A DNA stretch of 62,943 nt, filler included, from Intoshia linei (lineage: Eukaryota; Animalia; Orthonectida): NCBI GenBank assembly GCA_001642005.1. It is 4 parts of 4 records of this genome, joined end to end, with 100 filler letters (N's around TTAATTAATTAA, not from the genome) between each part and the next. Parts side by side here need not be neighbours in the genome. Positions count along the whole stretch, not along the records: positions 9,220 to 34,299 come from LWCA01000508.1; positions 34,400 to 57,901 come from LWCA01000561.1; 2 more parts are not named here. One strand, 5' to 3'. This document shows positions 21,301 through 34,954 of this stretch, in pieces. The position numbers were made by a program, and so were the translations under genes. How positions within the stretch are numbered: position 1 is the first letter of the stretch; each line of letters opens with the position of its first letter. The notes under the pieces were generated by a model. The model was not told where the DNA came from. It did no database searches and worked only from the letters and a program-made list of their open reading frames with translations.

Positions 21301-23456
21301 GTAACTTATTATTATTAAAAAGCGAATTTTTTTTTTTATTTTTTATTTATTATTATTAGTAAACGGTTTATTATTAATTTTTTGGCTTAATTTTATGTTT
21401 ATCATCTATTCATTTATGTACATGGGGGTCGGAAACCTGTACCCATTGACTATACTTGACATTTTAATAATTTTCGTGATTCGTTAGCAAAATTTGCAAT
21501 TATTAGTATTAACATTTGCCACATTTACCGGTTATAAATTTATACTGCTCTGTATATTGTTTTGATATCTTCTATCTTATTCTAATAGAAGAATTCTATT
21601 TCAAATTAGATTTTATCCTTAAGAGTTGGTAAAATAGGAATTTTTTAGGGGTTGGTAATAAATTATTAAATATATATATTAAATAAATATTGGTTGTAAA
21701 TGTACTTAAACATACCAATTATGTATCAATAATTAACGGAATCAGCATTTTATAAACATATTTCAGGTGAATTTTATTAATATTTTTTAAGGATTGTAAT
21801 AAATATAAAAATGATAATAACAAAGTTTTATTACTTTTACTAATTCGTTGTTGTAGTTTTAATTTAAATTTTAAACAAAATGTTTTAAAACTGAGAATCT
21901 GAATTTGAGATTGAAAAATTGCGAAGGAATGAACTATATTGATTTTCACCCATATTTCTTTATTGGAAATGTGTAGACCAGTGTTTCCCACCAATGGGGT
22001 CTGACGAAATTTTTGATGGGTTCAACGACTTTTTGGTTAGTCCTGGGAAATATTACGAATGTGTAGGATTATGAAACTTAAATTAATTTATTGTTAATTT
22101 TATACAATATTCTCCGGTTTATAAGTAGTTATGTGATATTTGAACCAATTAATTGTATTATTAAATTATTAGAATGACAAAAAACAAATATATCTTTAAT
22201 GATCGTGGGCTATTGAATTCAAATTTAACTAAATTGATGAGTATATGAAAATGCCAAATTTGCAAATTTCCAAAATTATCCGACGTTAACTACTTTTGCT
22301 AGGATTGCTTTGTTGCCATTTCCATTCTCTTATTTAGCAGAATGCGGGTTTAGTGCAGTTTTAGACTTACTAACAAAAAAATAAATAGACTACAAATTTT
22401 AAAAGGGGGAGATCTACGATTAAAGCTTACAACATTAGTACCTAATATTAATAAACTCTGTCAGAATCGTCAGGCTCAATCGTCTCATTAATTCTAAAAA
22501 ATAAATACATTAGTATTGTTTTTATCATTATTTTATTATAATTCGCTCGAATTTTTTTTTCAGTGAGGCCTGGGATTTTTTTAAGAGTAAAAGTGGGGCC
22601 TAGCATAAAAAAAGTTGGGAAACACTGGTGTAGACGTTCAATGCACATTTTTTTTGAAATTGTAGTATCAATATTTACATTTTCAATTTTTATTTTAATC
22701 CAAATATTTTAAAAATAATGGTTCATAATATATTAAAAATTATTTTTCACCGGGAATGCGTAGATTTCTGGAGTTGAACTTTTGCATTTATATCAACTGG
22801 AATAAGCTCTCTCAGAATAATATTTTTTTTAATTTTCAGGCCTTTAATTATTTTTGATTTTTGGTTTTAATAAAATATTTCGGAAAAAAAAATATATGAA
22901 TACTAAAATGCTTTTTTGGTCGTGAAAGCGTCACTTCTCAGATTGAAATTTTTTGTGTGTGTTAACAGGATACAACTGTAAATTTTTTTATATTATAGGG
23001 CTGTTTTTATAAAAAAAGGTTAATTTGGGGTTTTGTCCCTGAAGATATATTTTTTTAAATTTATGATAATATTTATGATTTAATTAGTTTTTTATATTTT
23101 TTCGTTTATTTTTATATTTTATTGTGGTGCATGATTAGTATGCTTGTTAAATGTTTCAAAATAATGTGAAAATAAGTATTTTTACGATCCGAGGGTCCGT
23201 AGATTTTAGAGTCAAGGATACGCCAGTGTGTTGGTTAATAATAATTTATTATATGATGAAGCAACTTTGAAATCAAAAATTACACTATTTTGAAACAGGC
23301 TTTTTATGAATTTCCATATGCTCATTTCGTAATATGGAGGCATTTCAGTGTCTAATTTATTTCTAAATATTGAAAATTTTAAAATTTTAAATTATTTCTA
23401 TAATAATGTCACCTATCCGTAGGACGAGAATTGTAAGCTTCATGTAAATTTTCCAT
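15362..23456 (-). CDS. Oxysterol-binding protein-related protein (ORP1/ORP2-like ORD), divergent; start uncertain (possible extra exons up to ~23920)
   Basis: Exons translate to EMSIWKFIKSLFQNS|EITKFTTPIIFNEPLTFLQRNFEIMEY...GETFEY|...LAEQISHNPS...|...VRNLLYGKKWID|...FSNFTLQLN...LPPTDSRLRKDVRYFELG|...|WFIH...KWIIDYEYYKRNWKKCKNLFRQ*. These are collinear with OSBPL1A/OSBPL2. Confidence 0.85.
15940..16420. repeat. ~120-bp tandem repeat, ~4 diverged copies
   Basis: Unit (CATTTGGGTTTT...AAGATGCAA.TTTCTGAGGTTA...GATAAT...TTTTAAAATCTG) recurs near 15950, 16072, 16195 and 16330. It resembles the Helitron internal module; a related inverted array lies at ~56570-57020. Confidence 0.8.
21730..23070 (-). 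mobile_element. Helitron-family copy interrupted by a hAT element
   Basis: 21800-21978 and 22628-23070 match 45630-46200 collinearly. Confidence 0.75.
21979..22627 (+). mobile_element. Non-autonomous hAT (Buster/Charlie-like) element, TSD GTGTAGAC
   Basis: CAGTGTTTCCCA...TGGGAAACACTG. GTGTAGAC at 21971-21978 and 22628-22635. The empty site AAATGTGTAGACGATCAATGCAC is seen near 59226. Carries a C-terminal transposase remnant (ARIALLPFPFSYLAECGFSAVLDLLTKK). Confidence 0.9.
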
Positions 23457-24075
23457 TTTAAATTGAAAAATGTTACTACTAAAATAAACACATTTATTAA
23501 AGTGCTAAAAATGTATATTAATTTTAACTTGTATTAAACAACTCGTATCCATACATACAAATAAATGTGTAATCTTGTTTAGAGGTATCATTATGATACC
23601 ACTCTAGTCTTTCGCATTTGATGATTCTTCCACCAATTTTGATGAAAACGTTTACATCCTTTATATTTTATTTACAAATAAATGTTACATAAATACTTTT
23701 ATTAAAATTTATATTTATATTTCCTTTTAAATTTTTTCTTTTAAATTCATTACGAATTAGTTCAGATATTAGAGAAGGAAAGACTTATATTTTACATTAA
23801 ATTTTGCATATGCAAACAAGATTAATATATTGTAAAAGTTATATTTGGAATTTTTTGGAAACTTTTGGATTTCATAGGGGTCCAGTGTAGGTTTATTGTA
23901 TTTAGGAAATATGAATATAATCATTGTATTTATTTTAAAAACAAATGCCTATTCAAGTTGCGCACCCTATTTTTATATTCTCATTCAAAAATGTTGTAAC
24001 AATAATTATACATAATAGTAATTTATTACATAATATATGCAATGTATTTACATATAGTATGCATTGTATATAATT

Positions 24076-25137
24076 CAGTGATTCTTCAACTGGGCAATAG
24101 CGCCCCCCTTGGGGCGTTTTTATAATCGAATCGGGCAAAAATATTTTTATCGCATCAGTTGGGATTACAATATAACATCAAATTATAACCGTTCAATGAG
24201 CCTAGCTAGCACAGTGGTTATAGTCAATTGATTATTTTGTAGAAAGAGTTTGTATTCATCTTTGGAATCTTTTTATTTAGGCGAACTCGTTAGAATTAAA
24301 CATTACATGCAATTTTAATTAACAAGCTAATTAGTATTTATAATACACAAAACACAGAAATACCAGAGTATGCAATAAATCCATTCAATGTTGATGTTAA
24401 TTCAATTCCATCAAATTTAGTAGAAGAATTGATTGACTTACAAAATGACATTGAGGCACAATTCATTTTTAAACAAAAGGGTTACTCTACCTTATTTTTT
24501 TAAAAAAAGAATGCATATCCAAATCTCTGGAATAAAGTAAAATTGTTACTATTGACCTTTCTATCTACTTACCTTGTTGAGAAAGGTTTTAGCGTAGTAA
24601 CTGATCTTCAATCAAAAAAGAGAAACAAACTAAATTTATCAAAACGGGGTGACTTAAAATTATGCTTAACAAATATCGCTCCTGATATTGAAAAATTATC
24701 AAATAGTCATCAATATCAGAGTAGCCATTAATAATACATTTTATTTTTTCTTTGTAATGCTTAAACATTTATAATGTCATGATTCCATTTAATATTTTTA
24801 AATTTGTTACATTTATTCATTATAATATATATTTTTTTTTTTTACGTACTCAGTTTTTATCGTATTTTTTGTATATATTATTTTCATGATCCATCAAATT
24901 AAAAAAATAATCTCAAATTTTATTTGCATATTTCTTAAAATATCAAAAAGACAATTATTAATTTCTTTTTTTTATTGTATTCCGTTTCAATTCTACTGTC
25001 AAAAAAAATTGCTGCATAACATGAACTGCACATTTATAAACTTTGTAAATTAAAAAAATATTGATTGTCTTTATGGGGCGATAATTTCATTTTTGTTGAA
25101 AAATGGGCGATTCTCCAAAAAAGGTTAAGAACCACTG
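24076..25137 (+). mobile_element. Non-autonomous hAT (Buster; ZBED5/SCAND3-like) element, TSD ATATAATT
   Basis: TIRs CAGTGATTCTTCAAC / GGTTAAGAACCACTG. ATATAATT at 24068-24075 and 25138-25145. Remnant EELIDLQND...YPNLWNKVKLLLLTFLSTYLVEKGFSVVTDLQSKKRNKL...RGDLKLCLTNIAPDIEKL with an in-frame stop. Confidence 0.92.
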
Positions 25138-25478
25138 ATATAATTCAAAGTAAATAAATTAATACAGAGCTCCGAAATGCAGATCCACGGACCCACTACC
25201 GACCCAAAACAAAAATTTAATATTGATTTAACATTAATGTAAAATAAAATTAACAATGTAAATAAATAAATATTGAATGACATAGAATTTAGAAACAGAA
25301 ATTAAATAAAATTTGATATATTCTTGCTTTAAAGGAGTGTTTCTTGAAAAAATTTAAAATGACTAAATGAAAATCAGTTAGAATATTATTATTATAATAA
25401 TAATTATTTAACCTATCATATATGGGGCGTAGTAATACTTAAAAATTAATATATAAATTTTATTATATATGAATTGAA

Positions 25479-28400
25479 TTATAATTTGCATTTATTATTT
25501 TTATTCATTTTTGAATTTTTTTCGCATCCAAAAGCTGTACTAAATTCATCAAGATTTGAAACAACTCCATTAACTCTAAATTCATTATGTATAAAATAAT
25601 AGTAATATTAAATTTGTTTCAATTTTTGGTTGGTAAAAATGGTATTTAATTACAAATAACCTGTAAAAACTTCCAAAAATCTTAAAAATATTGTTAAAAA
25701 CTAAAATTTGTCAAAATTTGTAAAGGTATTAATAATGTAAATTTGATTACGTAAAGTGTCCATTAGGCAGTGGTTTCAACCTTTTTTAGAATTCCCCAAA
25801 CCCTTTTAAATTTATTTAAATCGCCCCTTTCTAATAATGAATTATAATTCAATATAAAAAAACATAATTTTAGATCTAATTATAAAAATTTCATGTTAAG
25901 TTTTTGTCACTTTTTTTTCAAAAATTTATCCTTAGAACCAACAATTCTCTTAAAAAATGAAATACAGGATAATTCATATTTAACGGAATTTTTCGTTAAT
26001 GGAAAGACATTCCTGATTAACGGACTGTGAATTCTTCTGAAATACAAACATTTGGTTAAATTTTAACATAAAATGACTAGAATCATAATTATACAGGGAA
26101 TTTTTGTTTGCAGCAAACTCCATTTTAACAGAATTTTGAATTATATATTTTTAAACGAATTTGTATGAATCAAAAATTCCGTTAATAAAATTTTTATCTC
26201 TAAAGCTCTAGAATCTATTTCTAATGACTTTCATAAATATAAACTATTTTTTTTACTAATTGCGGTCAATTTATTACGTTTTTTTTTTCAAATTTTTAAT
26301 AGATATTAAATTAGATGACGTAAATTAGAAATAATTATTATCATTGCGGAAATATCATTTTTAACTTTGTTTTATTTCTGTAAATAATAAATTCCGTTAA
26401 CAAAGGTGTTATTATGAAGGAAATTTCATATTAACTTTTATTTAATTTATTTAAATAATTTAAATAAATAAGGAATTAAAAATTTGGAAATTCCGTTAAA
26501 AAGGACTTATACTGTACTAAAGCTTTTTCGATTAAAAATAAAAACTTTAGATTTTATATTTTTTTTTGATTAATAATAATAATAATGGTTGATTATTAAT
26601 TATATCAAATGAAATAACCTGCAAATATATGTTAAGTGGAATGAAAATCAAAATATTTTTATATTTTAATTGTTTTAATTCAATGTTTTCCAGTTCAAAT
26701 AGTATACGGTCCCCCATTTCAAAATATTTATTTTTTTAACCCAAGGGAAACCTGAAATATAAAAAATTTAGAAAAAATGAAAAAAAAGGATTTAGAATTA
26801 GGATGAGCAATGATTGGATTCATAAAAATAATGAGATTATTAAGAGATCATGGAGACCAAGAAAAATTTTAGACACCCCTGATTTATGGGTTTTGTGCAT
26901 TTCCAGATTAGAGATGCTAAAATGACTGGCTAGCTCTCTTTTTGTATAATTAATAATTATAAAATGTTATACTGAATTTTAATTTTTATATTTTTGTTTA
27001 CATGTAAATAAAATTAATTTTGATATCAAAGTACCAAAATATTTCTATAAAACCACCAAAATCACGTACTTATATTGCGATATATTTGACGAGTATTTTT
27101 AAATTATAATTCATAGCATATACAAAAATTTCTTAGAGTTTGTATTTTAATTACCTAATAAAAGCCGGAGAATGAGGATCATATGAAAGAACTACTTTTT
27201 TAAATTCATCAGTATATTTGTTGCACCAATTCTAGTTTTGATTATTATTAAATTGATATAAAAATACACAAATTATATGTAAAAGTACTAGTTCATAAAT
27301 TTCTAAATTAGGAGTTTGAGCCAGATAAAAATTAAAATATGCATGAAACCTTAATATCTTTAATATTTACATTGTACAATGTACATAAAATAAATAAAAA
27401 CCTGTGCATATGCAATAAAAAATAATTGATCGTGTGTAAAATTTTCAAAATTGATAATCATTGGATAATTTTTATAAGATAATAATTTTTTCATCGCGTG
27501 GAAAGCATATAAAACACCCCTAATATCTGCAATATTTTCTGCAGCAGTTTTGCTTCCATTTATTTGTATTCCCAAGTAATTATATTTCCCAAAATCATTA
27601 ATTATACAATTATAGTCATGTTTGAATTTTGACGAAATACTATTTTCTTTATTCACTAATCTACCATTTTTGTCATATAATCCACCTATACGTATATTTT
27701 AATATGAATAATAGCTAAATGAATGTTTTATTTTTAGGGAATAATTTTTGTTTTAATTATTAATTTGCTGTAATTAACACTTAGTTCGATTAAATTTATT
27801 ATAATATTGATAAAAAAATAAAATTTCAAACAAAATCGAAAAAACTTTAAAACTTTAGAACCCATTTTTTACCGGCGTTATTACAAACCATTTACATGCA
27901 CCATGTTTTGCATATTCCTATTTCAGTGATTCGTGATTATAAAAATTAAAATAGTCAGAAAATATTTACCTATTGGTCCAATACTATGGGACAATTCATG
28001 TCCAACTATACTTCCGATTCCTGCATAGTTTATGCTAATTCTAAAAATAGATGATTCAAGGTTTTAAAACGTCAAAATGAAACAATACACTGGAAAGTTT
28101 TCAAAATAGATTGGTGGTTGTAATATTGAAGAGGTAATAAATATTTTATTCAACATTTGAGCATATAGTGCATTAGCAGTTAAACTATTCACAATCCATC
28201 TAAATTTAACATACACTAATACTAACGTACACTTCTACTAACTTCAACTAACATGTACTAATACTAAATTTAGTATCGATTGAAAGATAATAATCTAAAA
28301 TTTACAAATTATAATACACGTGGTGTATTTCAAAAACCTAATCGGTTAGTAAGATAAATGTGTATATAAATGGACAAACGCGTCCGTTTGGAGTTTCATG

Positions 28401-31400
28401 AATTTGTATTGATTGTAAATAAATTGTACCATCATCATTTCCACAATATTTTACAAAATTTGAAATTTCAAACGGACGGAAACATGTATAAAATTACGAA
28501 TTAGTATTGGCAACACTATTTAACTTTTTAGCGTTTTTCATTGAATTGAATTCTATTAATTTAATATACAAATTAATAAAAGTTTCATTTTTGACAAAAT
28601 CCAAATCTTTGTGGTATTCATCCAAATTATACGCATCGCTAATAATTTTAGATTTATACAATAATAATTTTATAGAGTTTATTTTTTCTATAATTATAAT
28701 TTTTTCATCTTTTTTTAAAAACGTTTTCGCTTGTATATTTTGCATCATTTGATTTTTTATATTTTCATAAATTAATTTTGTTTCATAGATAATTTTTTCA
28801 GCATTACTAAATTTATAAAAATGAAAATTTTTACAGATAAGTTTACTATTGCTAAAATAATGATTTAATTGATAAATAACGAATGTGGTTTCTGTGACCA
28901 GGAAAAACCCTGGGCCACGAAAAAATATAAAATAATAAATTATTGGTGATTTTATTGATTTGGTGTAAGAGGATTTTACGATACGTGTTCATAAAAAATA
29001 AAAAATTGAAATGGATGACAAATAGCATGAAATAGTCTGAGAATTCGTTAAAGAATTGAGTGAACTAAAATAATCACAATTTTTTCATTTTATGGGCTTG
29101 ATAAAGGTACAGATATTGCAAGTTAATGGAAGCATTATATCGTATGTTTTGTGGTAAACCAGGGCTGAAAAGTAGTAAAAACTCTTGAACATTTTAACTA
29201 GGTTGAAAACCACAGAATTAATTTACATTAATGTTAATAAAACTGTTAAGGGTTAATAATATTACGCGTCGTTTATAAATAATGCACCAACAGCAAATGG
29301 AATTAATTGAGTAGAAATTTCAATACAATCAAAATTATATTCGTAATATAGCATATTTTCTTTCAATAAATATTTTTGATAATTACTATAAAATATAGCA
29401 ATTTTATTGAATGATTTCCACAAAAAATAATCATTGAGATCTCTAATATAAAAAAAATTTTAGTCATATTTAAAATGTAAATAAAATAGTATTGTGATTA
29501 ATATTAATATTACACAATTGAAATATTATTGATCAATTTATTCATTTCTATGAGGTTTATTTTATTGTTGTATTCCAGAACCAAATCTTTTGGTTTATTT
29601 GGAAAAATGTAATTTAAATATTTATTAATCTTTATCTAATTTGTATGTAATTATATAATAATTATTAATAATTATAATTATTGTAATTTATCATATTAAT
29701 TTTATTATCTATATTTTATTATAATTATAATAAAACCATATTTATGATATCGAGAAAATTTCATTTAGCCAGAATTTTAATTTTGATGACGGCTATTTAA
29801 TTCTTAGAGCAGTGGTTCCCGGTTCAAATAGTGTACGCACCCCATTTCAAAATATTTATTTTTTGGACAAAAGGAAACATTAACCCGTTAGTGCTTGCGC
29901 TATTTTTAAAACGTAAAAACTCGCATCGACCATCTTATGAACGATTATTATCAATGAAAAATATCACACCAAGTCATAAAAATAAATGTAAAAAAAATAT
30001 AAAAAATATTGGAAAAATCTCATGATTCTCATGTATAGTAGGTTCGATTCTGCTTATATTAATGAAAAAATAGTTTAATACTAATGCCCTCAAATTTCCC
30101 TAGTATGTGCAATGTACATTGTACATTTTCGGTTCGATGGTAGTTAATCACTACTGATCATATTCCAAATCGATAGGATTTATATATTGCATATTCGATA
30201 AACCTTAACGTCACTATTTCAATTAAATATCTATACCAGGGGTGCACAACCTTTCTATCAATTCAGCCACAATGCTACTTTTCTTATTGATACTACGGCC
30301 ACACAAAATTTAATTCGACATTGAGAAAGTTTACTCTAGACCTAAATTTTAGGTCTAATAAAATAGTTTTCTTTAAATTTTAATATCAGCATGTTTTAAT
30401 TAATAATTTTCAATTAAAATTCATCCTTAATTTACTCATATAAATTAACACCACATTTATCATTTATCTGAATCGGAATAAATAGCAATAGTAGGATTAA
30501 TGCAGTGCTTCTCATTGGGGTGAGCAGTTACCCCAAGGGGTAAATACGAAAATTTAGATGATTGTAGGTTAATCTACAATTTTCAACATATTTCATTAAA
30601 TCATCCAATTTAATATAATCTTATGATAAAAAACCAAAATTTTACCAACCCTTAAGTAAGTAATCCCTTTTTACCAATATTTTTTTTAAAAATATATTTT
30701 TACCAAAGTTTTAGAATAAAAACTACCCTATGATTCCAAAAGAAAAAACCAAATTCTACCAATCCTTAAGGAAAAAAATCGCTTTTACCAATATTTTTAT
30801 GAAAAATCCCATTTTACCAAATTTTTAGATCAATAATTCTTCTGACTGATTCCATAAGAAAAAACCTGATTTTAAAAAAATTTGAAAAATCTTCTTTTAC
30901 TAATACATTTTTGAAAAAACATTAATCATTAATTTTTCGGTAAATACTTAATACTAATTGGACAATGAAGTAAAATGATATATTGCATTATGATCAGATA
31001 TATTGCCTACGGCCGCACATAAACGCTCTCACGGCCGCACGTTGTGCACCCCTGCTCTATACAATTTATAATTTAATGTAAATATTTTAACCTTGCTAAA
31101 ATAATTTGAAAATTGAGAAATATTGTTTCTAATATATTCTTTGCCGCTTTTAGTCAAATTATTAAATTTTTCAAATTTTAAATCAATTTTAATTATTTTA
31201 TCTGCAAAATTCAACAATTTGTCTTTGATTGAATTTTTATACCCAACATTCAACAATGATTCATATATGTAATTTTTTTTATCTTTGACGGATTTATATG
31301 TATCCACATTCAATTTGGAATTTGTCTAAATTTAATAGTGTATAAATATTTTTCGTACCGATTATCGCCGAGCTGATTTAAGTCTATTTAGATCTGCTTA

Positions 31401-32418
31401 ATATGGTTTATAGTAGGTATGGATAGGTGACTGGGGTTATATGACACTACGCATGTTTGCAAAAAAAAATTGGAACCTATTTTTCATTTTCGGTAGCCTT
31501 GGATTTGTTAGGTTATGCTGTTAAAAGTTTGGTAACTATCGATTTATTATTTGCCAAAAATTATGGCAAACTACAAAACTGGCAAATATTAGAGAGTATT
31601 GCATTTATTATAAAACAAAAGAAAATACCGTCAAAACATATTTTGTTTTGTTATAATCATCAATAGTAATGGTGAATTTAAAGATAGTGAATGTATTTGT
31701 TTTGTTGTATAAAATTGCCATATTTTTTTCAATATCCAATCCATCAGAGAATCGAGTATCAAAAGAATAATAAACATTAAATAGATCCAATAATTTTTGA
31801 TAATAATTTTTTTCAGGAGATTTTAATTCCTTACATTTAAAATGAAAATGTTTCAAAAACTTAAAAGTTTTAGAATCGATGCCATTATACTTGTTTTCTT
31901 TTTTTAAGAGATTCTATATAATTAAAGATTAACTTTTATTTGGTAATAAAATCATCAAGTTTAAATTGAATTGTAAAATAAATATGCCAGGTATAAAAAC
32001 AGCGCGTAATGCTCATGATTACATAAATAAATTTAAATATACCTTTTTTAAAATTAACTTGTTGAACTTTGCCATGATATTAAATGCGCTAGCCGAATAT
32101 CCCTGTAAAGTGATTTCAGTAGCTTTAGCGAAATTGCCACAAGCATATTGATAAAAATTATTACAAGGATTAACAGATTCATTAATATAATTAGATATTT
32201 TTAAACTCAATTCCAAACAAGCATTTGATTTACAAATCTGTAACAGTAAATTTACAACTTTATTTGAAAATTACCTCAACCGAATTCCAAGCCACATTGT
32301 AATAAAGCAGCAATACAATAAATGAAAATGATAGACACATAATGATTAGTACAAGCGTTTTGTATGATTTAAGATTTTTATTTTTGTAAATTTCACCAAT
32401 ACTATCTAATCGCCACAT
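25479..32418 (-). CDS. Neprilysin/ECE-like M13 zinc metallopeptidase (type II membrane), multi-exon
   Basis: Short N-terminus plus TM (LVLIIMCLSFSFIVLLLYY), ICKSNACLE...INESVNPCNNFYQYACG, ANALY, ILQPP, NYAGIGSIVGHELSH (HEXXH), ENIADIRG (EXXXD), DQLFFIAYAQ|NWC, DPHSP, RVNGVVSNLDEFSTAFGC...KCKL*. Confidence 0.92.
25965..26514. mobile_element. pogo/Tigger-like MITE (TA TSD); related ends at ~8971-9119 and ~12145-12170
   Basis: TA|CAGG...TTAACGGAA and TTCCGTTAA...CTG|TA, with repeated internal TTAACGGA/TTCCGTTAA motifs. Confidence 0.6.
30237..31054. mobile_element. hAT-type MITE in a neprilysin intron, with nested minisatellite element
   Basis: TIRs CAGGGGTGCACAAC / GTTGTGCACCCCTG. Flanks ATCTATAC / CTCTATAC (7/8 match). 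Confidence 0.85.
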
Positions 32419-32619
32419 AATTAATATCTTCCCGTAAAGTTGTAATATCAAAAAAATGAAATATATAAACAAGGTCAATTTTTTGATAAACAGAATTTAA
32501 CATCTGAAACCTTTAATTGACAGCATATGAAATATTGACCTAATAAGTGCAAGATAAAATTTTAAATTTAATATGTACATTAACATTAATATAACATTAC
32601 TATTGATATACATTTATAT

Positions 32620-33075
32620 TTATAAAAAGCAATTTTCATCATAAACTACAATTTTTCTATTTTGAATTGGTTCCGACAACTCTGAAATCTCAAAAATGTC
32701 GGTTAATTTTTCTTTTTCGGTTAAATTATCAACATCACTAATCTTACCATCCTCATATTGTTCAGATTGTTTTTTGCATTTTTTAGGTTTTACTAAAAGC
32801 AATTTCGGTTGATTTATATTTTTTTTATCTATACTTTTGTCTATGTCAACACTTTTGAGGTTTTCAAGCACATTTTCAAGTTCAGGTCTTTTGAGTTTCA
32901 ATTTAATATTTAGATTGGATTTTTTATTGCTTCTGATTGGTTTCAGGAATGTTTTAGTGTTTTTTGATTTCCATCGATTATTTGTGTTATTTTCTAGTTT
33001 TAGCTCTCCTTTTTTTAACAATTCAATAGCTCGTAATTTTGAATCCGACATTCCTGTGTATTTTTCATTTTTCAT
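32620..33075 (-). CDS. Single-exon lysine-rich hypothetical protein (~151 aa from the first ATG)
   Basis: A 158-codon open frame in very AT-rich DNA, with ATG at 33075 (MKNEKYTGMSDSKLRAIELLKKGELKLE...) and a hydrophilic composition. No family recognised. Confidence 0.6.
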   Translation of the reverse strand: MKNEKYTGMSDSKLRAIELLKKGELKLENNTNNRWKSKNTKTFLKPIRSNKKSNLNIKLKLKRPELENVLENLKSVDIDKSIDKKNINQPKLLLVKPKKCKKQSEQYEDGKISDVDNLTEKEKLTDIFEISELSEPIQNRKIVVYDENCFL

Positions 33076-34299
33076 GTTCAATTTCAATTTTAGCAATTTT
33101 ACAAAGAATTATTTTGATTAACTTTATTTTTAAGAAAATATTTTTTTTATTGTTTTCATAAATATAGTTATTAAATACATATAATTTTGAAACTTTAATA
33201 TTTAAAAAAAGCAATCAAATTTACAAGCCAAAATAGAATTTTATTAATTTTAATTATTTTATGTGTATTCACGATATTTGTGCGTCCCGCGACATAATAA
33301 TACGTGGTCAATGCGGCCCGCATATCAATAAGTTTGCTCACCACTGTACTAGTGTATGTCATTGCTGTAATTTAAAATTATGAAATTGATCATTAGTGAA
33401 CCTTAAAATTAAGACAATTTATCCCAAATGTGTTTTGATAATGCTACAATAAATGACAACTCTTACAAATTATAAATTTTTTATTTATACCAAAAACTAT
33501 TTATTTTATATAAATAGTAATCCAGATTTTTACACAGTAATCTATTTCTGAGAGCTAAAGGTATCTAACTAATTTATATAATATACATAGGGATCAAAAT
33601 AAAAAAAAGTTCTAATAACACATTCTGTCTAATATATTAAAAAAATGGTATCACAATTGTTTATAAAATTCTATACACAAATGTTAACAAAATTAAGATG
33701 AAATAATTCACTTTAAAGTAAAAAGTAATGTGATATGATGGTTCCACCTGAAACAAAATTTGGGACCACTCTTTTAAAAGATTGATAATAGTGAATACTA
33801 GAATTTTTAAGTTAGATTTTCTTATTGAATTTATTTTTTTGTAGAATAATAATGTACCATCTGAAGAGCTAGATGCTGTACGTAGTACATAACATGTTAA
33901 CTGTTTACAGTCAACTACAGTAGTATTATATAAATATAAAATTTTCAAATTCTCGCGACCCTGGTTGAAAAACACTGTAGTAGATAACACTCATAGTATA
34001 AAGTAATTTTTAATCAGGAATATGTAGATTTATGGTGTTTAAAATTATTTATCTAGAACAACTTAAATTCTAGGTACCGTTACTTACTATATATTTTTGA
34101 TTCTATTGAAATAATTTCTAACATAATAACACTGTCAAACAAATTGACATTTTTTTTTGCCTTCTTGAAAATTTTTATTAATAATGTTAGAATATCTAAC
34201 GATGAACACATCATCATAAAAATTGTTTTGATTTTAAGTCAAATAAACCCATTATGACAATTTAAAAAACCCTTATTTTTGTAAATTTAACTTTATTTT

Positions 34300-34399
34300 N
34301 NNNNNNNNNNNNNNNNNNNNNNNNNNNNNNNNNNNNNNNNNNNTTAATTAATTAANNNNNNNNNNNNNNNNNNNNNNNNNNNNNNNNNNNNNNNNNNNN
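34300..34399. other. Artificial contig linker
   Basis: N44-TTAATTAATTAA-N44. Confidence 0.97.
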
Positions 34400-34954
34400 A
34401 AAAAATTCTAAGAGTGCTAGTTATTTCAAAAAAGTAACACACACAGACACACAGACAGACACACAAACAAAAATCGCATCGCATTTTATATAAGTTAAAA
34501 TAATGAACTCTAAATTTACATAAATATTTATTAACAATTAATGTAAATAATTAATTCGCATCTCAATAACCTAAAGCCATTTTTAAGAACAGATTTGACG
34601 ATATTTATAAGTTTTATAAATGTATGTATGCAATTAAAATTTCCTAAAACGTGCAAAATAAAATAATCGAGATAAAATATATACTCCATGGTATAAAATA
34701 TAGATACGCAATATTATACATCATATTTGAATATTAATTAATTCTGAGTAACCTTAACATAGTTTTGACGATAATTTTAATTTAAATACGAAAATCTAAA
34801 TATAAATTCATTTATACCAGTATTTAATTAATTAATTAAAATATAATAAGGCTTTAAAATTATTGTAAAATATTGATTAATTTATAAGTTTATATTAGAA
34901 TGTGTATTTTTTATAATTCTAGGCTAATTCTAATTTCTGAAAATTAAATTGTAG

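Noticed and set aside
21719-21994. Similar ORFs at 21719-21994 and 45631-45819 as a small gene family (also 841-1047 and 33661-33990)
   Set aside because: All lie within copies of the non-coding Helitron family, and the frames are not conserved between copies.
32837-33121. 94-aa plus-strand ORF (similarly 6383-6571, 8715-8909, 28507-28752, 52851-53054)
   Set aside because: These are antisense shadows of real exons or of the lysine-rich ORF, with F/L/S/I-rich low-complexity translations.
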